From Octopus sinensis (lineage: Eukaryota): a stretch of 64,000 bases of DNA. Where the stretch lies: contig NC_043014.1 of the NCBI RefSeq assembly GCF_006345805.1, positions 42,160,001 to 42,224,000 on the forward strand, written 5' to 3'. Each line of letters begins with the position of its first letter. Positions within the stretch are counted from its first letter, which is position 1. Made by a program: the position numbers and the translations under genes. Under the pieces are notes generated by a model. It was given only the letters and a program-made list of their open reading frames with translations. It was not told where the DNA came from and did no database searches. Shown here one piece after another: positions 37,360-51,183 of this stretch.

Positions 37360-37545
37360 GGGGGAGAATTCACGAAAAAAAACAAAATGTGAAGACAGGT
37401 GGTGTAGAAAACAAACAGATGTTTAATGCTTGGGAATAGAAAAAGTCTTTTACGTTTCGAGCTTACGCTCTTCCACAGAAAGGGACACAGAAAAAACAAG
37501 GAGAGAAAAAAAATGTATAGTGGCTACCGGTCTATCATGGCGTAT
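37360..37545 (-). mobile_element. Short Penelope-type repeat carrying a minimal hammerhead-like motif (37445-37485)
   Basis: Reverse complement CCCTTT-CTGTGGA-A-GAGC-gtaa-GCTC-GAAA-CGT-A-AAAGAC; homolog at 47012-47200. Confidence 0.55.
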
Positions 37546-37972
37546 GCATATAGATATATATATATATATATATACATGCAAATATCTACAGACGTGCAAA
37601 TGCACCATGACCTGACTTTTTGTCCGATGTCACTTTGTCCAATGTCACTTTGTCCAATATTTTTGGTCTGATGTCTTTTTGTCTGATGAATTTTTTTGTC
37701 CAATGACATTTTGTCCAATTCTAAATAAACTCTTTAGAAAACAAGGTGAACATCAAAATCAAATAGTCGTCGAGGATCTAATAGATAGGATTTGTCGTTG
37801 GACAAAATAATCAAACAAAAAGACGTTGGACCAAAAGATGATGGACGGAAAGATGTTTGACGAAGTGACGTCAGATGAAAAGACGTAGCACCTAAATGCA
37901 CGTACATTATGTTAAGTCTAAACTGTGTTATATAACTTATAGCAGTTTAGCTAGAGCATGTTCAGCCTGAGA

Positions 37973-38422
37973 TGGCCCTTAAATTTACAGACTGTCCTCC
38001 ACCTGGGCCCCAAAACCTTTACAGACTTAAACAACAGATCCAAATGTGCTACCATCCTAAAAGTGTCACCCAGGGCATCATGCCCCATAACCTTGTCTTC
38101 ACCACATTGCCCCCATTGTTCCCCCACCCCCACTGGCTCTCACCTTACCCCTACAGTTATGCTACTGATGACTTTTACATTCAAGTTCTGGCCCTTAAAT
38201 TTACAGACTGTCCTCCACCTGGGCCCCAAAACCTTTACAGACTTAAACAACAGATCCAAATGTGCTACCATCCTAAAAATGTCACCCAGGGCATCATGCC
38301 CCATAACCTTGCCCTCACTCTATCGCCCCTATTGTTCCCCCACCCCCATCGTTCCCAACCCCCACTGGTTCTCACCTTACCCCTACAGTTATGCTGCTGA
38401 TGACTTTTACATTCAAGTTCTG
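37973..38422. repeat. Tandem duplication, ~216-bp unit, 2 copies
   Basis: TGGCCCTTAAATTTACAGAC at 37973 and 38189; the second copy has a short internal insertion. Confidence 0.9.
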
Positions 38423-38921
38423 GTACTTAAAACAGTCGTCGTGAGGGGTTTCTGTCGAAACACGAATGCTTTTAAAACAGACAGTTTTGCACCAAGGGAC
38501 CAGAAGCCACTTCAGGAAGGATTAATATCCAAGGGGCTACGCAGTAATAGGTATGACAATGCATATGCAACCGTTCCATGAGAATGTCAGATAGTATTCA
38601 GCTGTATGTTTGTGACAAATTCTGGAGAAGAAACTTCCTTTCTTTCTTATATATTCTTATCATGTAAGGATACCATTCAATGCTTGTGTGTCAGTTACCA
38701 CTTTACAGCATACACTGGGTGCATGTACTGAGTGCCACAGGCACTTGTGTGGTTGCCATGAAGCTTACAAGGGTACAGACCCTGAGAGAAGTGACTTTAT
38801 GCTAAGAGATGAGGAGTGGGATTAAAGTATGAGAGACAAGTCCAGGGCAGAACAGATTTCTTGCTATATAGTGGGGGCTGCAAGGCTACTCACATTTTAG
38901 AAAATATGTACATATGTACAT

Positions 38922-39520
38922 ATAGGTGCAAGAGTGGCTGTGTGGTAAGTAGCTTCCTTACCAACCACATGGTTCCGGGTTCAGTCCCACTGCGTGGCAC
39001 CTTGGGCAAGTGTCTTCTGCTGTAGCCTCGGGCCGACCATAGGCGCAGGAGTGGCTGTGTGGTAAGTAGCTTGCTTACCAACCACATGGTTCCGGGTTCA
39101 GTCCCACTGCGTGACACCTTGGGCAAGTGTCTTCTGCTATAGCCTTGGGCCAACCATAGGCGCAGGAGTGGCTGTGTGGTAAGTAGCTTGCTTACCAACC
39201 ACATGGTTCCGGGTTCAGTCCCACTGCGTGGCACCTTGGGCAAGTGTCTTGTGCTATAGCCTTGGGCCAACCATAGGCGCAGGAGTGGCTGTGTGGTAAG
39301 TAGCTTGCTTACCAACCACATGGTTTCAGGTTCAGTCCCACTGTGTGGCATCTTGGGCAAGTGTCTTGTGCTATAGCCTCGGGCTGACCATAGGCGCAGG
39401 AGTGGCTGTGTGGTAAGTAGCTTGCTTATCAACCACATGGTTCCGGGTCCAGGGGTCGATTCGCTCGACTAAAGGCAGTGCTCCAGCATGGCTACAATCA
39501 AATGACTGAAACAAGTAAAA
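38922..39520 (+). repeat. Tandem array of the SINE-A 5' 117 bp (4.5 copies) joined to a SINE-A tail
   Basis: ATAGG(C/T)GCA(G/A)GAG starts at 38922, 39039, 39156, 39273, 39390. Confidence 0.93.
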
Positions 39521-39671
39521 GAGTGTGTGTGTGTGTTTGTGTGTGTGTGAGTGTGTGTGTGTGAGTGTGTGTGTGTGAGTGTGTGTTTGTGTGTGTGAGT
39601 GTGTGTGTGTGTGTGAGTGTGTGTGTGTGTGTTTGTGTGTGTATGTGTGTATGTGTGTGTGTGTGTGTATA

Positions 39672-39868
39672 CAAGGGGGAGTACTGAAAAGTTCCTGGTT
39701 TTAAGAGTATCGTGAAAGGCCTGGCTGGAGGCCCAACCTTTTGAGTTCTTTTACAGGGTTTAGAAAAAGCTGAAGGACCATTGCAATAAGTGTGTGAATC
39801 TGAGAAGGGGATAGGTTGAATAAAATCATAATTAAATGATCCTCTTTTACCCAAAGCCAGGATCTTAT
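39672..39868 (+). mobile_element. Mariner deletion derivative (MITE)
   Basis: TA-CAAGGGGGAGTACTGAAAAGTTCCTGG left end; internal remnant GLEKLKDHCNKCVNLR; AAAGCCAGGA partial right TIR. Confidence 0.65.
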
Positions 39869-40104
39869 ATATACATATACAACCAAACTTACACACACAC
39901 TCTTTTACTTGTTTCAGTCATTTCATTGTGGCCAAGCTGGAGCACTGCCTTTAGTCTAGCAAATCAACCCCGGGACTTATTCTTTGTAAGCCTAGTACTT
40001 ATTTCATCGGCCTCTTTTGCCGAACTGCTAAGTTACAGGGACATAAACACACTAGCATCGGTCGTCAAGCAATGTTGGGGGGACAAACACAGACACACAC
40101 ACAT

Positions 40105-40400
40105 ACATCATCATCATCATTTAACGTCCGCTTTCCATGCTAGCATGGGTTGGACGGTTCAACTGGGGTCTGGGGAGCCCGAAGGCTGCACCAGGCCGTC
40201 AGATCTGGCAGTGTTTCTACAGCTGGATGCCCTTCTAACGCCAACCACTTGAGAGTGTAGTGGGTGATTTTAGTGCCCGACACAGGTGCCAGACGAGGCT
40301 GGCGAACAGCCACGCTCGGATGGTGTTTTTTATGTGCCACCGACACAGGTGCCAGACGAAGCTGGCGAATGGCCACTTTCGGATTGTTTTCTTGGCACAC
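40105..40400 (-). mobile_element. RTE-like 3'-end element
   Basis: Same tail and internal units as 35641-35995. Confidence 0.7.
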
Positions 40401-40475
40401 GGCACGCAAAAGAATACAAATTCCATTGAATGTTCATTCTATTTTGATTTTGGTTTGATTTGGTTTTGATTTTGG

Positions 40476-40511
<36 letters not shown>

Positions 40512-40890
40512 ATATATATATATATATCTATGATGATGATGATATATATATATATATTTATAGTATGTGTGTGTATATGTTGTGTGTCTGTGTTTGTCCC
40601 GCCATGAAAGAAGCCCATCGTATGTATATATATATATATATATGATGCGCTTCTTTCAGTTTCTGACTACCAAATCCACTTGCAAGGCTTTGGTCGTCCC
40701 GAGGTTATAGTAGAATACACTTGCCTAAGGTGCCACGCAGTGGGACTGAACCCAGAACCATGTAGTTCGTAAGCAAGCTACTTACCACACAGCCACTCCT
40801 ACGCCTACATACAAACTTTTTGTTTGTATATATAATTTTGCTCATATATAATTTGTGTGTATAATTTTGCTTTTGGTCCATCTTTTACAG

Positions 40891-41055
40891 TATCTCAACT
40901 TAAAAAGAAGAAGCAAATCAACAAGGAAGCTGAATACCCTGTTGCATATGGACGCTGGATGAAACCCAAATGCCTGGTGTATGCAAAGTTTGACTTTCTG
41001 TGCATCGACGCAACAGTGTTTTCCACCAAACATCCAGACAGAGCTGAAGAACTTG
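40891..41055 (+). CDS. Internal exon of a retropepsin-like protease gene (phase 1 to 1)
   Basis: TCTTTTACAG acceptor, G|GTAAGT donor, 165 nt open: SQLKKKKQINKEAEYPVAYGRWMKPKCLVYAKFDFLCIDATVFSTKHPDRAEEL. Confidence 0.8.
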
Positions 41056-41236
41056 GTAAGTTAATTAGAACAGCTCACTTTGGCTTAGTACATAAGTATG
41101 GATGTGTGTTCGTATGTGTGTGTGTGTGTGTATATATACACACACACACACATCCCACAGTGTTGTTCCAGCATGACTGTACCTACAGGGCTGAAATGAA
41201 TAAAAAAATATGCATTTATATATATATATATATATA

Positions 41237-41749
41237 CTAGCAGTATCGCCCGGCGTTGCTCGGGTTTGTAAGGGAAATAACTATATAAGCATTTTTAGAG
41301 AGTTACTTCCCTTATAAATTCGGGCTTTCTTAGCCATTTTTGTTTTGGTGTCTTCAAGCCATGAAGTCGTTGTTCTAAAAGAACGCTGGTTTCCTTCACA
41401 ACGCATTACGACGTTGATTTCTTTACACTCCTTCCCCACAGCTTCACGAGGGAGGGAAGGGGGAGAAGTAACAGGTGCAGCTGGTGAGCGTGTGGACGCC
41501 AACTCCGCCGCCATCGACATACGATGCATTTTATGCATTAAAATGGAATAAAAAATTATGTTATTAAAATTTTTAAAATCGTTAGACTCATCGTTGACGC
41601 GCGCTAATAGTCAGACGGGCTTCGACGCATGAATGATCACGACTATAAGATACCCGAATTTGGTTAAACTGCACCGCAAAATGTGGGGAGTTAGGAATCT
41701 AAATCGAAGGGGACAGACACTCACACAACTAGATTTTTATATATATAGA
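41237..41749 (-). mobile_element. Non-autonomous Helitron (same family as 1283-1791)
   Basis: TC...hairpin-CTAG termini on the minus strand, embedded in (TA)n. Confidence 0.87.
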
Positions 41750-41977
41750 TATATATATATATATTTGAACTTTTTGTTATAAAAGTTCCTACCATTAATG
41801 TATTTGTATATATTTACATATTTATATGTATTTATATATATTTATATATATTTACATATATTTACGAAATCTACCTGTAAATAATTGGGTTTTTTTTTAA
41901 ACTATTAAAACTATTATTTACTCTTATTGTATATATGTGTGTATATATATATATATTTGTATGTATATGTATATGTT

Positions 41978-42010
<33 letters not shown>

Positions 42011-42068
42011 ATGTATATATATATATGTATATATTATATATATGTGTATGTATATATATATATATTTG

Positions 42069-42119
<51 letters not shown>

Positions 42120-42494
42120 ATATATGCACACACATATATGTATATATGTATGTGTGTGTGTGTGCGTATGTGTATGTGTGTGTGTGTGTGTGTTTTATCT
42201 CTTACTTATTTCAGTCATTAGACTGTGGCCATGCTGGGGCACCTCTTTGAAAAAGTTTTAACCAAATGGATTGGTCCCAGTACGTATTTTTTTTAAAGCC
42301 TGGAACTTATTTTGTCAGTCTCTTTTGCCAAACTGGTAAGTTACAGGGACATAAAGACACCAACACCAGTTGTTGAGAGGCGATGGGGAACAATGCGTGT
42401 ATGTATATGTATGTATACGTATCTACGAGTGTGAGTATTTGTGTTTGATTGTCTCCCACTGTCATTTGACAACCAATGTTGGTTTGTTTATTCT

Positions 42495-43075
42495 GATTCG
42501 GCATGTTTTCTATGACTGGATACCCTTCCTAATGCCCACCTCTTTACAAGGTATGCAGGGTGCTATTACATGGTGTCACACAGGTGCTTTTAACATGGTA
42601 CCACACGGGCGTTTTTATGTGGCACAGCATGGGCCCTTTTGCATGGCACCAGAGGAGCCAGTCTTAACACTTCTGCTGTGGAGCATGAGTCTTCTTGAGT
42701 ACAGCAAGGCACCAGGCATCCAAGTCCTTCGTCATCTCACCTGAAAGGTTCAGCATCCCAAAGTTGTTCTTCAGTTCTACATCCAGTCATACTTTTATTT
42801 TATTTTAGGAAGGCCTCCGTGACGGTGGCACGTAAAAAGCACCATCCGAGCGTGGCTGTTTGCCAGCCTCGTCTGGCACCTGTGTCGGTGGCACGTAAAA
42901 AGCACCCACTACACTCACGGAGTGGTTGTCGTTAGGAAGGGCATCAAGCCGTAGAAGCACTGCCAGATCTGACTGGAGCCTAGTGCAACCTCCTGGCTTC
43001 CCAGACCCCAGTTGAACCGTCCAACCCATGCTAGCATGGAGAGCGGACGTTAAACGATGATGATGATGTATGATG
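42495..43075. mobile_element. Two divergently oriented RTE-like 3' fragments
   Basis: Minus fragment ~42495-42790 with GGATGCTGAACCTTTCAGG coding-like remnant; plus fragment 42812-43075 ending (GAT)n. Confidence 0.6.
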
Positions 43076-43319
43076 ATGATGAAATTAAGGGGGTCAATAA
43101 GTTATAAATGATTCCATGAAGGGGTTAGTAATATAAGAAGTATATTGACCCCTGCTCTTCACAGTTAGGTAACCTGCTTGAAACAACAATAAGTGTTCCG
43201 GCCAATGAAGTAGTCTCCTTACGAGACAGCTAAAAATAACTGGACACTGACCTTTTTATTTGGCTCTCACATTAACTGGACATTGACCTTATCTCTCCAC
43301 CACTGTCTTTGTTTGTCTA

Positions 43320-43909
43320 TGTATTCTCTCTCTCTCTCCTCCACACACGCACACACATATACATAAACACACACACCACACATATACATGCACACATATA
43401 CACACACATAGACACAAACGTACATACACACACACACGCACAAATGCATTAAATAGACACTGACCTTCCCTCGGGACACTGACCTTCTCTCTCTCTTTCG
43501 CTCCCTCCCTTTTTTCTCTCTCTTTCGCTCCCTCCCTTTTTTCTCTCTCTTTCTCTCTCTCTCTTTTCTCTCTCTCTCTCTGACCCCTCTTCCCTCTCTC
43601 TCCTTTTCTCTTTCTCTCTCCCTTTCTCTTTCTCTCTCTCTCCCTCTCTCTCTCTCTTTCTCCCTACAACCTCTCTCCCACTTCTCTCTCTCTCTCACTC
43701 TCTCTCGCTCTCTCTCACTCTCTCTCTTCCCCTTCTCTCACTATCTATCTTTCTAACAGCATGCTAGTGTACAAGCATGTGTCTATCACTCCATAAACAA
43801 ATGTGTGTGCATATGCATCTGTGAGTGTCTTAGTGTCTGTGTGCATATGCATGTTGTGTGTGAGTGCATGAGAGTGTTTATGTATGCATTTGTATGCATT
43901 TGTATGTGT

Positions 43910-43940
<31 letters not shown>

Positions 43941-44400
43941 CATGTGTGTATGACAGTGAATTCACATCTATTATAACCCGTTCTTGAGCACACACATCCG
44001 TGCGTATGTGTATGTATATTCATATTTTTGTGTATGTATATACATTTGTATGTGTATGTGTGTGTGTATATGTGTTATGCATGAGTATGTGTGTGTGTAT
44101 TATGCATGTGCGTGAGTGTTTTTTTACCAATGCTTGTAATATTATAATTCTTTCTTTTTTCTTTCCTGCCTTCTTTCTTTCCTTCCTTCTTTTTTCTTTC
44201 TTTCTTTCTTTCTTTCTTCCTTCATCCCTTCCTTCTTTATTCTTTCTTTATTTCTTCCTTCTTTTCTTTCTTACTTTCTTTTCTTCTCCTCCCTCCCTCT
44301 GTCCCTTCCTTCCTTCTTTTTCTTTCTTACTTTCTTTCTCACTTCCTTTTTCTTCCTTCTTTCCTTCCTCCTTTCTTTCTTTCTTTCTTTCTATCTTTGC
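43320..44400. repeat. Compound (CA)/(CT)/(TG)/(CTTT) low-complexity region
   Basis: Visible simple-repeat blocks. Confidence 0.85.
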
Positions 44401-45005
44401 CAATTCATTACACCTCTGTCCATATTTACATTTACCACCAAAACAATATTTACAATTATCACATAATTTTTTAAAAAAACAACAAAAAAAGAAGAAAATA
44501 CAACAAATGCAAGAAAAGAAAAACAAAAAACAAATCACTAAATAATGATTCATTATGATTAGTCATAACAACAACATTTTGTTGTAGTGAGGTGAAAATC
44601 TAAGTGACTGAGTAACCAGGCTTCAAATATCACATGATTTCGACATGCTCCATCTCCTCAGTGACAGACATCCAGTAACTGCATAGCAGCCAAATCTCAC
44701 TGCCATTGATATAAGGAATTTCACTGATCAATTTGGCACTGATGTCACAAATAGCCAAGAAGCTTATCGAAAAATGATTATTAGTGATGGAAGCAGTATC
44801 AATATGAAAAGGCAAGCTTTATCTCCATCTTAACATGGATGTATTGTTAGAGTGTGTAAAACTGCGTTATTTACCCAGATAGGAGGATGAGAAAGAGGAT
44901 TTATTAGGGCTTGTACAAATGCTGCTGAAAGTACTCCATGCTATATACATATTGATATATATATATATATGCATACATACATATATATAGTATATGTATA
45001 TATAT

Positions 45006-45091
<86 letters not shown>

Positions 45092-45139
45092 TTATATATA
45101 TGTATATACATATACACACACACACACATATATATATAT

Positions 45140-45400
<261 letters not shown>

Positions 45401-45559
45401 TATATTGGTAATATAGAGTTAACATATAAATGTGAATTTGAAAGTAGTAGCAGCAGCAGCAGTGGCAGCAGCAGTCCTTCAAATACAGAAAATTACTGTC
45501 AGCCCAAACCATTATCTCATCAATAATGCCACTACTTCAATTATTAGCCTCCCCCTCAA

Positions 45560-45591
45560 CCAACACCACCACTGCCACCACCATCATCATC

Positions 45592-45622
<31 letters not shown>

Positions 45623-46301
45623 CATCATCATCATCATCATCATCACCATCATCATCATCGTCATCGCAGATGTCATCATTACTACTGCAACCACTTTTAT
45701 CTCTTATAATCAGCAATTACATCCCCGGGAGGATATAACAATGGGAAGACAATGGTGTTGCTGTGGCAACAATAATAATCAAACATCATCATCATCATCA
45801 TCATCATTCATCATCATCATCTCATCATCATCACCACCACCACCACCACCACCATCACCACCACAACCAACATCCTCATCACCTTACTCCTCCTCCTCCT
45901 CCTCATCATCATCATCATCATTGTTATTGTTGACATAGTTATCATCTTTGTCATTGTTATCATCATCATCATCATCATCATCATTGTCATCGTCGCTGTC
46001 ATTATCATCGTCATCATCATCGTCATCATCATCATCATCATCATCGTCGTCATCATCGTCATCATCGTCATCACTAGCATCATCATTGTCATCATCATCA
46101 TCATCATCATCATCGTCAGCATCATCATTATCATCATCATCATCATCATCGTGAGCATCATCATCATCATCATCGTCAGCATCATCATCATCATCATCGT
46201 CATCACTAGCATCATCGTCATCATCATCATCATATCATCATCATCATCATCATCATCATCAGCATCCTATCATCATCATCATCATCATCATCAGCATCCC
46301 T

Positions 46302-46337
<36 letters not shown>

Positions 46338-46360
46338 TTTGTCATCGTCATCGTCGTCGT
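45560..46360. repeat. Long degenerate (CAT)n trinucleotide tract
   Basis: CAT/CGT/CAC triplets over ~800 bp. Confidence 0.92.
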
Positions 46361-46541
46361 CAGTGCCTCACTAGCAACCTCGAATGTTATCACCAATGTG
46401 TTTTTAATAATATCAGAAATTGCCTTTATCACCGTCATAGAAATGCATTAATAACTCGTTAACAACCTGATTAGACCGCACCCAACAAGAAATTACAAGT
46501 ACCAATTAAATTGTATTGGAAGCCACCATCATCATCATCAG

Positions 46542-46572
<31 letters not shown>

Positions 46573-46800
46573 AGCATCATTGTTATAATTATTACTATTC
46601 TCACTTTGATCATTTTAACATCTGTTTTTCCCATGCTTGCATGGGTTTGGTGAGTCCTTTCACCATCATGAGATCAGCTTTCATTACTTCTGGCCATGCC
46701 ATGTCTTCCTTAGTCTTCATCTTGACAGTTACTTGCCACTTCTTTTGTCGTCTGTTATCATCCAGAAGCATTACGTGGCCCAGCAGCCCATATCAATGTG

Positions 46801-46912
<112 letters not shown>

Positions 46913-47011
46913 ATTCTGCAATATTTTCCCTCTTACACACAGATCATCTTTCAGCTCAAATGCACTACATTGTTCATACATACTGACATTATTCATAAAT
47001 ATATATATATA

Positions 47012-47200
47012 AAGGGAAAGTTTACGAAAATAAACAAAAGACGAAGGCAGGTGGAGTACAAACAAACAAATGTATTAGTATAGAATTCAGGAATAGAAAT
47101 AGAAAAAGTCTTTTACGTTTCGAGCCTACGCTCTTCGACAGAAAGATACACAGAAAAAAACAAGGAGAGAAACAAGGAGAGAAAAAAGGAGAGAAAAAAA
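47012..47200 (-). mobile_element. Short Penelope-type repeat carrying a minimal hammerhead-like motif (47108-47148)
   Basis: Reverse complement ATCTTT-CTGTCGA-A-GAGC-gtag-GCTC-GAAA-CGT-A-AAAGAC. Confidence 0.55.
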
Positions 47201-47221
47201 AAATATATATATATATATTTA

Positions 47222-47779
47222 TAGGCGTAGGAGTGGCTGTGTGGTAAGTAGCTTGCTTATAAACCACTTGGTTCCGGGTTCAGTCCCACTGCATGGCACC
47301 TTGGGCAAGTGTCCTCTACTACAGCCTCAGGCCAACCAAAGCCTTGTGAGTGGATTTGGTAGACGGAAACTGAAAGAAGCCTGTTGTATATATGTATATA
47401 TATATGTGTGTGTATATGTTTGTGTGTCTGTGTTTGTCCTCCCAACATCGCTTGACAACCGATGCTGGTGTGTTTACATCCCACCGTAACTTAACGGTTC
47501 AGCAAAAGAGACCGATAGAATAAGTACTAGGTTTACAAAGAATAAGTCATGGGGTCGATTTGCTGAACTAAAGGCGGTGCTCCAGCACGGCCACAGTCAC
47601 ATGACTGAAAAGAGTAAAAGAGTAAAAAGATATATATATATATATATTGATAAAAACGGTAAGACAACAAAAGAAAGATTGAGACCTCGATATTATGTAA
47701 ATAGAGGAATTTATCTGTAAATATAATATGTGACAATTATCATGGCTACCGAATAATTGTCCCATATTATATTTACAGG

Positions 47780-47837
<58 letters not shown>

Positions 47838-49285
47838 AGTAAAATATTTTATACTTTACTAACATATATATATATATATATTAGTAAAATATTTTATATT
47901 TTACAAACATTTTACCAATAGAACCACAACTCCTATTTCAGGATAACCTTATTGTATGGAATACTCCGAGAAAGTTATATCCAATAAAATAATAAACTGC
48001 CATGACACTGCATCCTTTAAGGCCCTCATGCTTTCCGAAATCCACCAAAACTACACCTGATTATATATACACTTTCGATGAGTTGTAGTGCACCTGAGCA
48101 CTGTACACAATTATTATTATTATTATTATTATTATTATAATCATCTGAAAAACCTACTATAAAATACAATAAAATTATTTGAAAAAATATTTGAATAGGC
48201 GTAGGAGTGGCTGTATGGTAAGGAGCTTGCTTACCAACCACATGGTTCCGGGTTCAGTCCCACTGCATGGCACCTTGGGCAAGTGTCTTCTACTATAGCC
48301 TCGGGCCGACCAAAGCCTTGTGAGTGGATTTGGTAGACAGAAACTGAAAAAAGCCCGTCGTATATATGTATATATGTATATATGTATATATATATATATG
48401 TGTGCATGTATGTTTGTGTGTCTGTGTTTGTCCCCCTAGCATTGTTTAACAACCAATGCTGGTGTGTTTATGTCCCCGTCACTGAGTGGTTCGGCAAAAG
48501 AGACTGATAGAATAAGTACTGGGCTTACAAAGAATAAGTCCTGGGGTCGATTTGCTCGACTAAAGGTGGTGCTCCAGCATGGCCACAATCAAATGACTGG
48601 AATAATATAAAAGAATAAAAGAATAAATATAAATAACATACCTGTTATTAATTAGTCTGTGGGGAAAGAAGATATTTTTAATCAAGGGTAGTAGGGGCAC
48701 TGAGGGTATTATGTGGTTATGATGGGGTCGGAGGCCCAAAATGTTTGAGAACCTCTGTTATGGATTCACAACTGTAATTGCAAGAATGTACTTCCACAGT
48801 CATTTGTGGTCCTGCAAGGAAACAGTGATTCGCTCGTTTCAGCAAAACAAGTTCTGACATTTCCTTCAAACGAAACTCATCCTTACATCTTGAAATACTC
48901 TTTTACTTGTTTCAGTCAATTGACTGCGGCCATGCTGGAGCACCGCCTTTAATCGAGAAACTCAACTTATTCTTTTGTAAGCCCAGGACTTATTCTATCG
49001 GTTTCTTTTGCCGAACCGCTAAGTTACGGGCAACATAAACACACCAGCATCGGTTGTCAAGCGATGTTGGGGGGACAAACATAGACACACAAACACACAC
49101 TCGCATATATATATATACATATATACGACGGGCTTCTTTCAGTTTCCGTCAACCAAATCCACTCACAAGGCTTTGGTCGGCCCGAGGCTATAGCAGAAGA
49201 CACTTGCCCAAGGTGCCACGCAGTGGGACTGAACCCGGAACCATGTGGTTGGTAAGCAAGCTACTTACCACACAGCCACTCCTAA
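47222..49285. mobile_element. Three full SINE-A copies (+ 47222-47630, + 48197-48620, - 48898-49285)
   Basis: Complete head, central domain, microsatellite and tail in each. Confidence 0.87.
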
Positions 49286-49764
49286 TAATCTTGTATTAAT
49301 ATATATTGTCGAAATCTACGTTCTAAGTTGAAATTCCGCCGAGGTGGACTTTGCCTTTCATCCTTTCAGGGTCGATATATTAACTGCCAGTTGCGTATTG
49401 AGGTCAATCTAATCGACTGGCCCCTCCGCTAAAAATTTAAACACACACACACACACACGTTGAGAAAAAAAATGTCTGATCCAAGGGAAACAACTTTGTT
49501 AAGGGTTATTTCCCTTAGAATAAATAGTAATTAATTAAGATTTACATTGTTATTAATAAGACATGGAGTTAATTCACAATTTCCCTTTACAAATTTATGA
49601 ATGAAACCCAAGTAATTTTAGAGCTATTATTTCATATTTGGTCGTACTAGGAGAGATACGGTAAGATTTTCGTTCAACGAACAAAGTTTTTAAATTAGAA
49701 ATCAAGCGAAACTGTGATCTATTAAGAGAATAAAAACTTAATTAAATTAATACAAAATTATGGA

Positions 49765-50955
49765 AGGTGTTGAGCCGGCAGAATCGTTTGTACGCCGGAC
49801 GAAATGCCTTGCGGTATTTTGTCTGTCGATACGTTCTGAGTTCAAATTCCGCCGAAGTCGACTTTGCCTTTCATCCTTTCGGGGTCGATTTATTAAGTAC
49901 CAGTTACGCACTGCAGTCGATGTAATCGACTTAATCCGTTTGTCTGTCCTTGTTTGTCCTCTCTGTGTTTAGCCCCTTGTGGGTAGTAAAGAAAGAGGTA
50001 TTTCGTCTGCCGCTACGTTCTGAGTTCAAATTCCGTCGAAGTCGACTTTGCCGGGGCACCACATTGAAGGGCTTTTAGTAGAACTGTTCAATAGCAGAGC
50101 TTATTTTTATAAGTCTGATGCTTGTTCTATCAGTCTCAATGCTGAACTGCTATGTTATTGGGATGTAAACAAACCAACATCAGTAGTCAAACTGAGGAAA
50201 GGACAAACACACATACAATCGCACGCACACACAGACACGTGCGCTCACACACACAGTTCTTTCACAAAATCAGTTGCAATATAATGTCATCTATAAAGAG
50301 GCGAGCTGGCAGAAACGTTAACGCATCAGGCGAAATGCTTAGCAACTTGTCTTTACCTTTCTGAGTTCAAATTCTGCCGAAGTCAACTTTGCCTTTCATC
50401 CTTTTTGGATCAATAAATTAAGTACCAGCTACGCACTGACGTCGGTGTAATCGACTTAATCCATTTGTCTGTCCTTGTTTGTCTCCTCTATGTTTAGCCC
50501 ACTGTGGGCAATAAAGAAATAAATATTTAAGGTGGCGAGCTGGCAGAAATGTTAGCACACGAGGCAAAATGCTTATCAGTATTTCGTCTGCCATTACGTT
50601 CTGAGTTCAAATTCCGCCAAGGTTGACTTTGCCTTTCATCCCTTTGGGGTTGATAAATTAAGTACCAGTTACTCACTGGGGCCGATGTATTCGACTTAAT
50701 CCCTTTGTCTGTCCTTGTTTGTCCCCTCTATGTTTAGCCCCTTGTAGGCAATAAAGAAATAAGAAACGTTAGTACACCAGGTGAAATGCTTAGCGGTATT
50801 TCGTCTGTCTTTACATTCTGAGTTCAAATTCCACCGAAATTTGCCTTTCATCCTTTCAAGGTCGATAGATTACGTATCAGTTGCGTACTGGGTCGATCTA
50901 ATTAACTGGCCCCATCCCCCAAAATTTTGGGCCTTGTGCCTAGAGTAGAAAAGAA
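49765..50955 (+). mobile_element. SINE-B arrays
   Basis: tail|GGTATTTCG at ~49995; tail|AGAAACGTTAG at ~50761; last unit has the GGCCTTGTGCCTAGAGTAGAAAAG tail. Confidence 0.87.
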
Positions 50956-50987
50956 TATAATGTCTTTTATGAATTTCTCTTCCCTAG

Positions 50988-51157
50988 AATTTATGGTTGA
51001 TTCTGGCAGCGATGTGGTGACGTTGAGGAAAGACATTGTTGAAAAGCTCGACTTGAAAGAACTGGGACACGTTCGCAGCAAAGGAGTCCATGTATCAATG
51101 CACAAAACCCTTTATGAAGCCAAGCTTAAACTCGGATCAGTTGAACTTAAAATTGAG
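50988..51157 (+). CDS. Exon encoding the catalytic D-S-G motif of a retropepsin-like (clan AA) aspartic protease (phase 1 to 0)
   Basis: TTCTCTTCCCTAG acceptor, GAG|GTAAGA donor, 170 nt: EFMVDSGSDVVTLRKDIVEKLDLKELGHVRSKGVHVSMHKTLYEAKLKLGSVELKIE. Confidence 0.85.
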
Positions 51158-51183
51158 GTAAGATATTTCAGGCCTTTTTAGTT

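Noticed and set aside
37958-38581. 207-aa ORF
   Set aside because: It arises from a 216-bp tandem duplication, with no domain, splice context or recognisable motif.
38890-39438. 182-aa repetitive ORF on the minus strand
   Set aside because: It is a translation of the tandem 117-bp SINE head; the unit length is a multiple of 3, so it stays open by chance.
45432-46462. Poly-His, poly-Ser, poly-Met and poly-Ile ORFs
   Set aside because: Frames of a (CAT)n tract with no flanking coding signal; the same applies to the poly-Asp ORF at 61044-61424.
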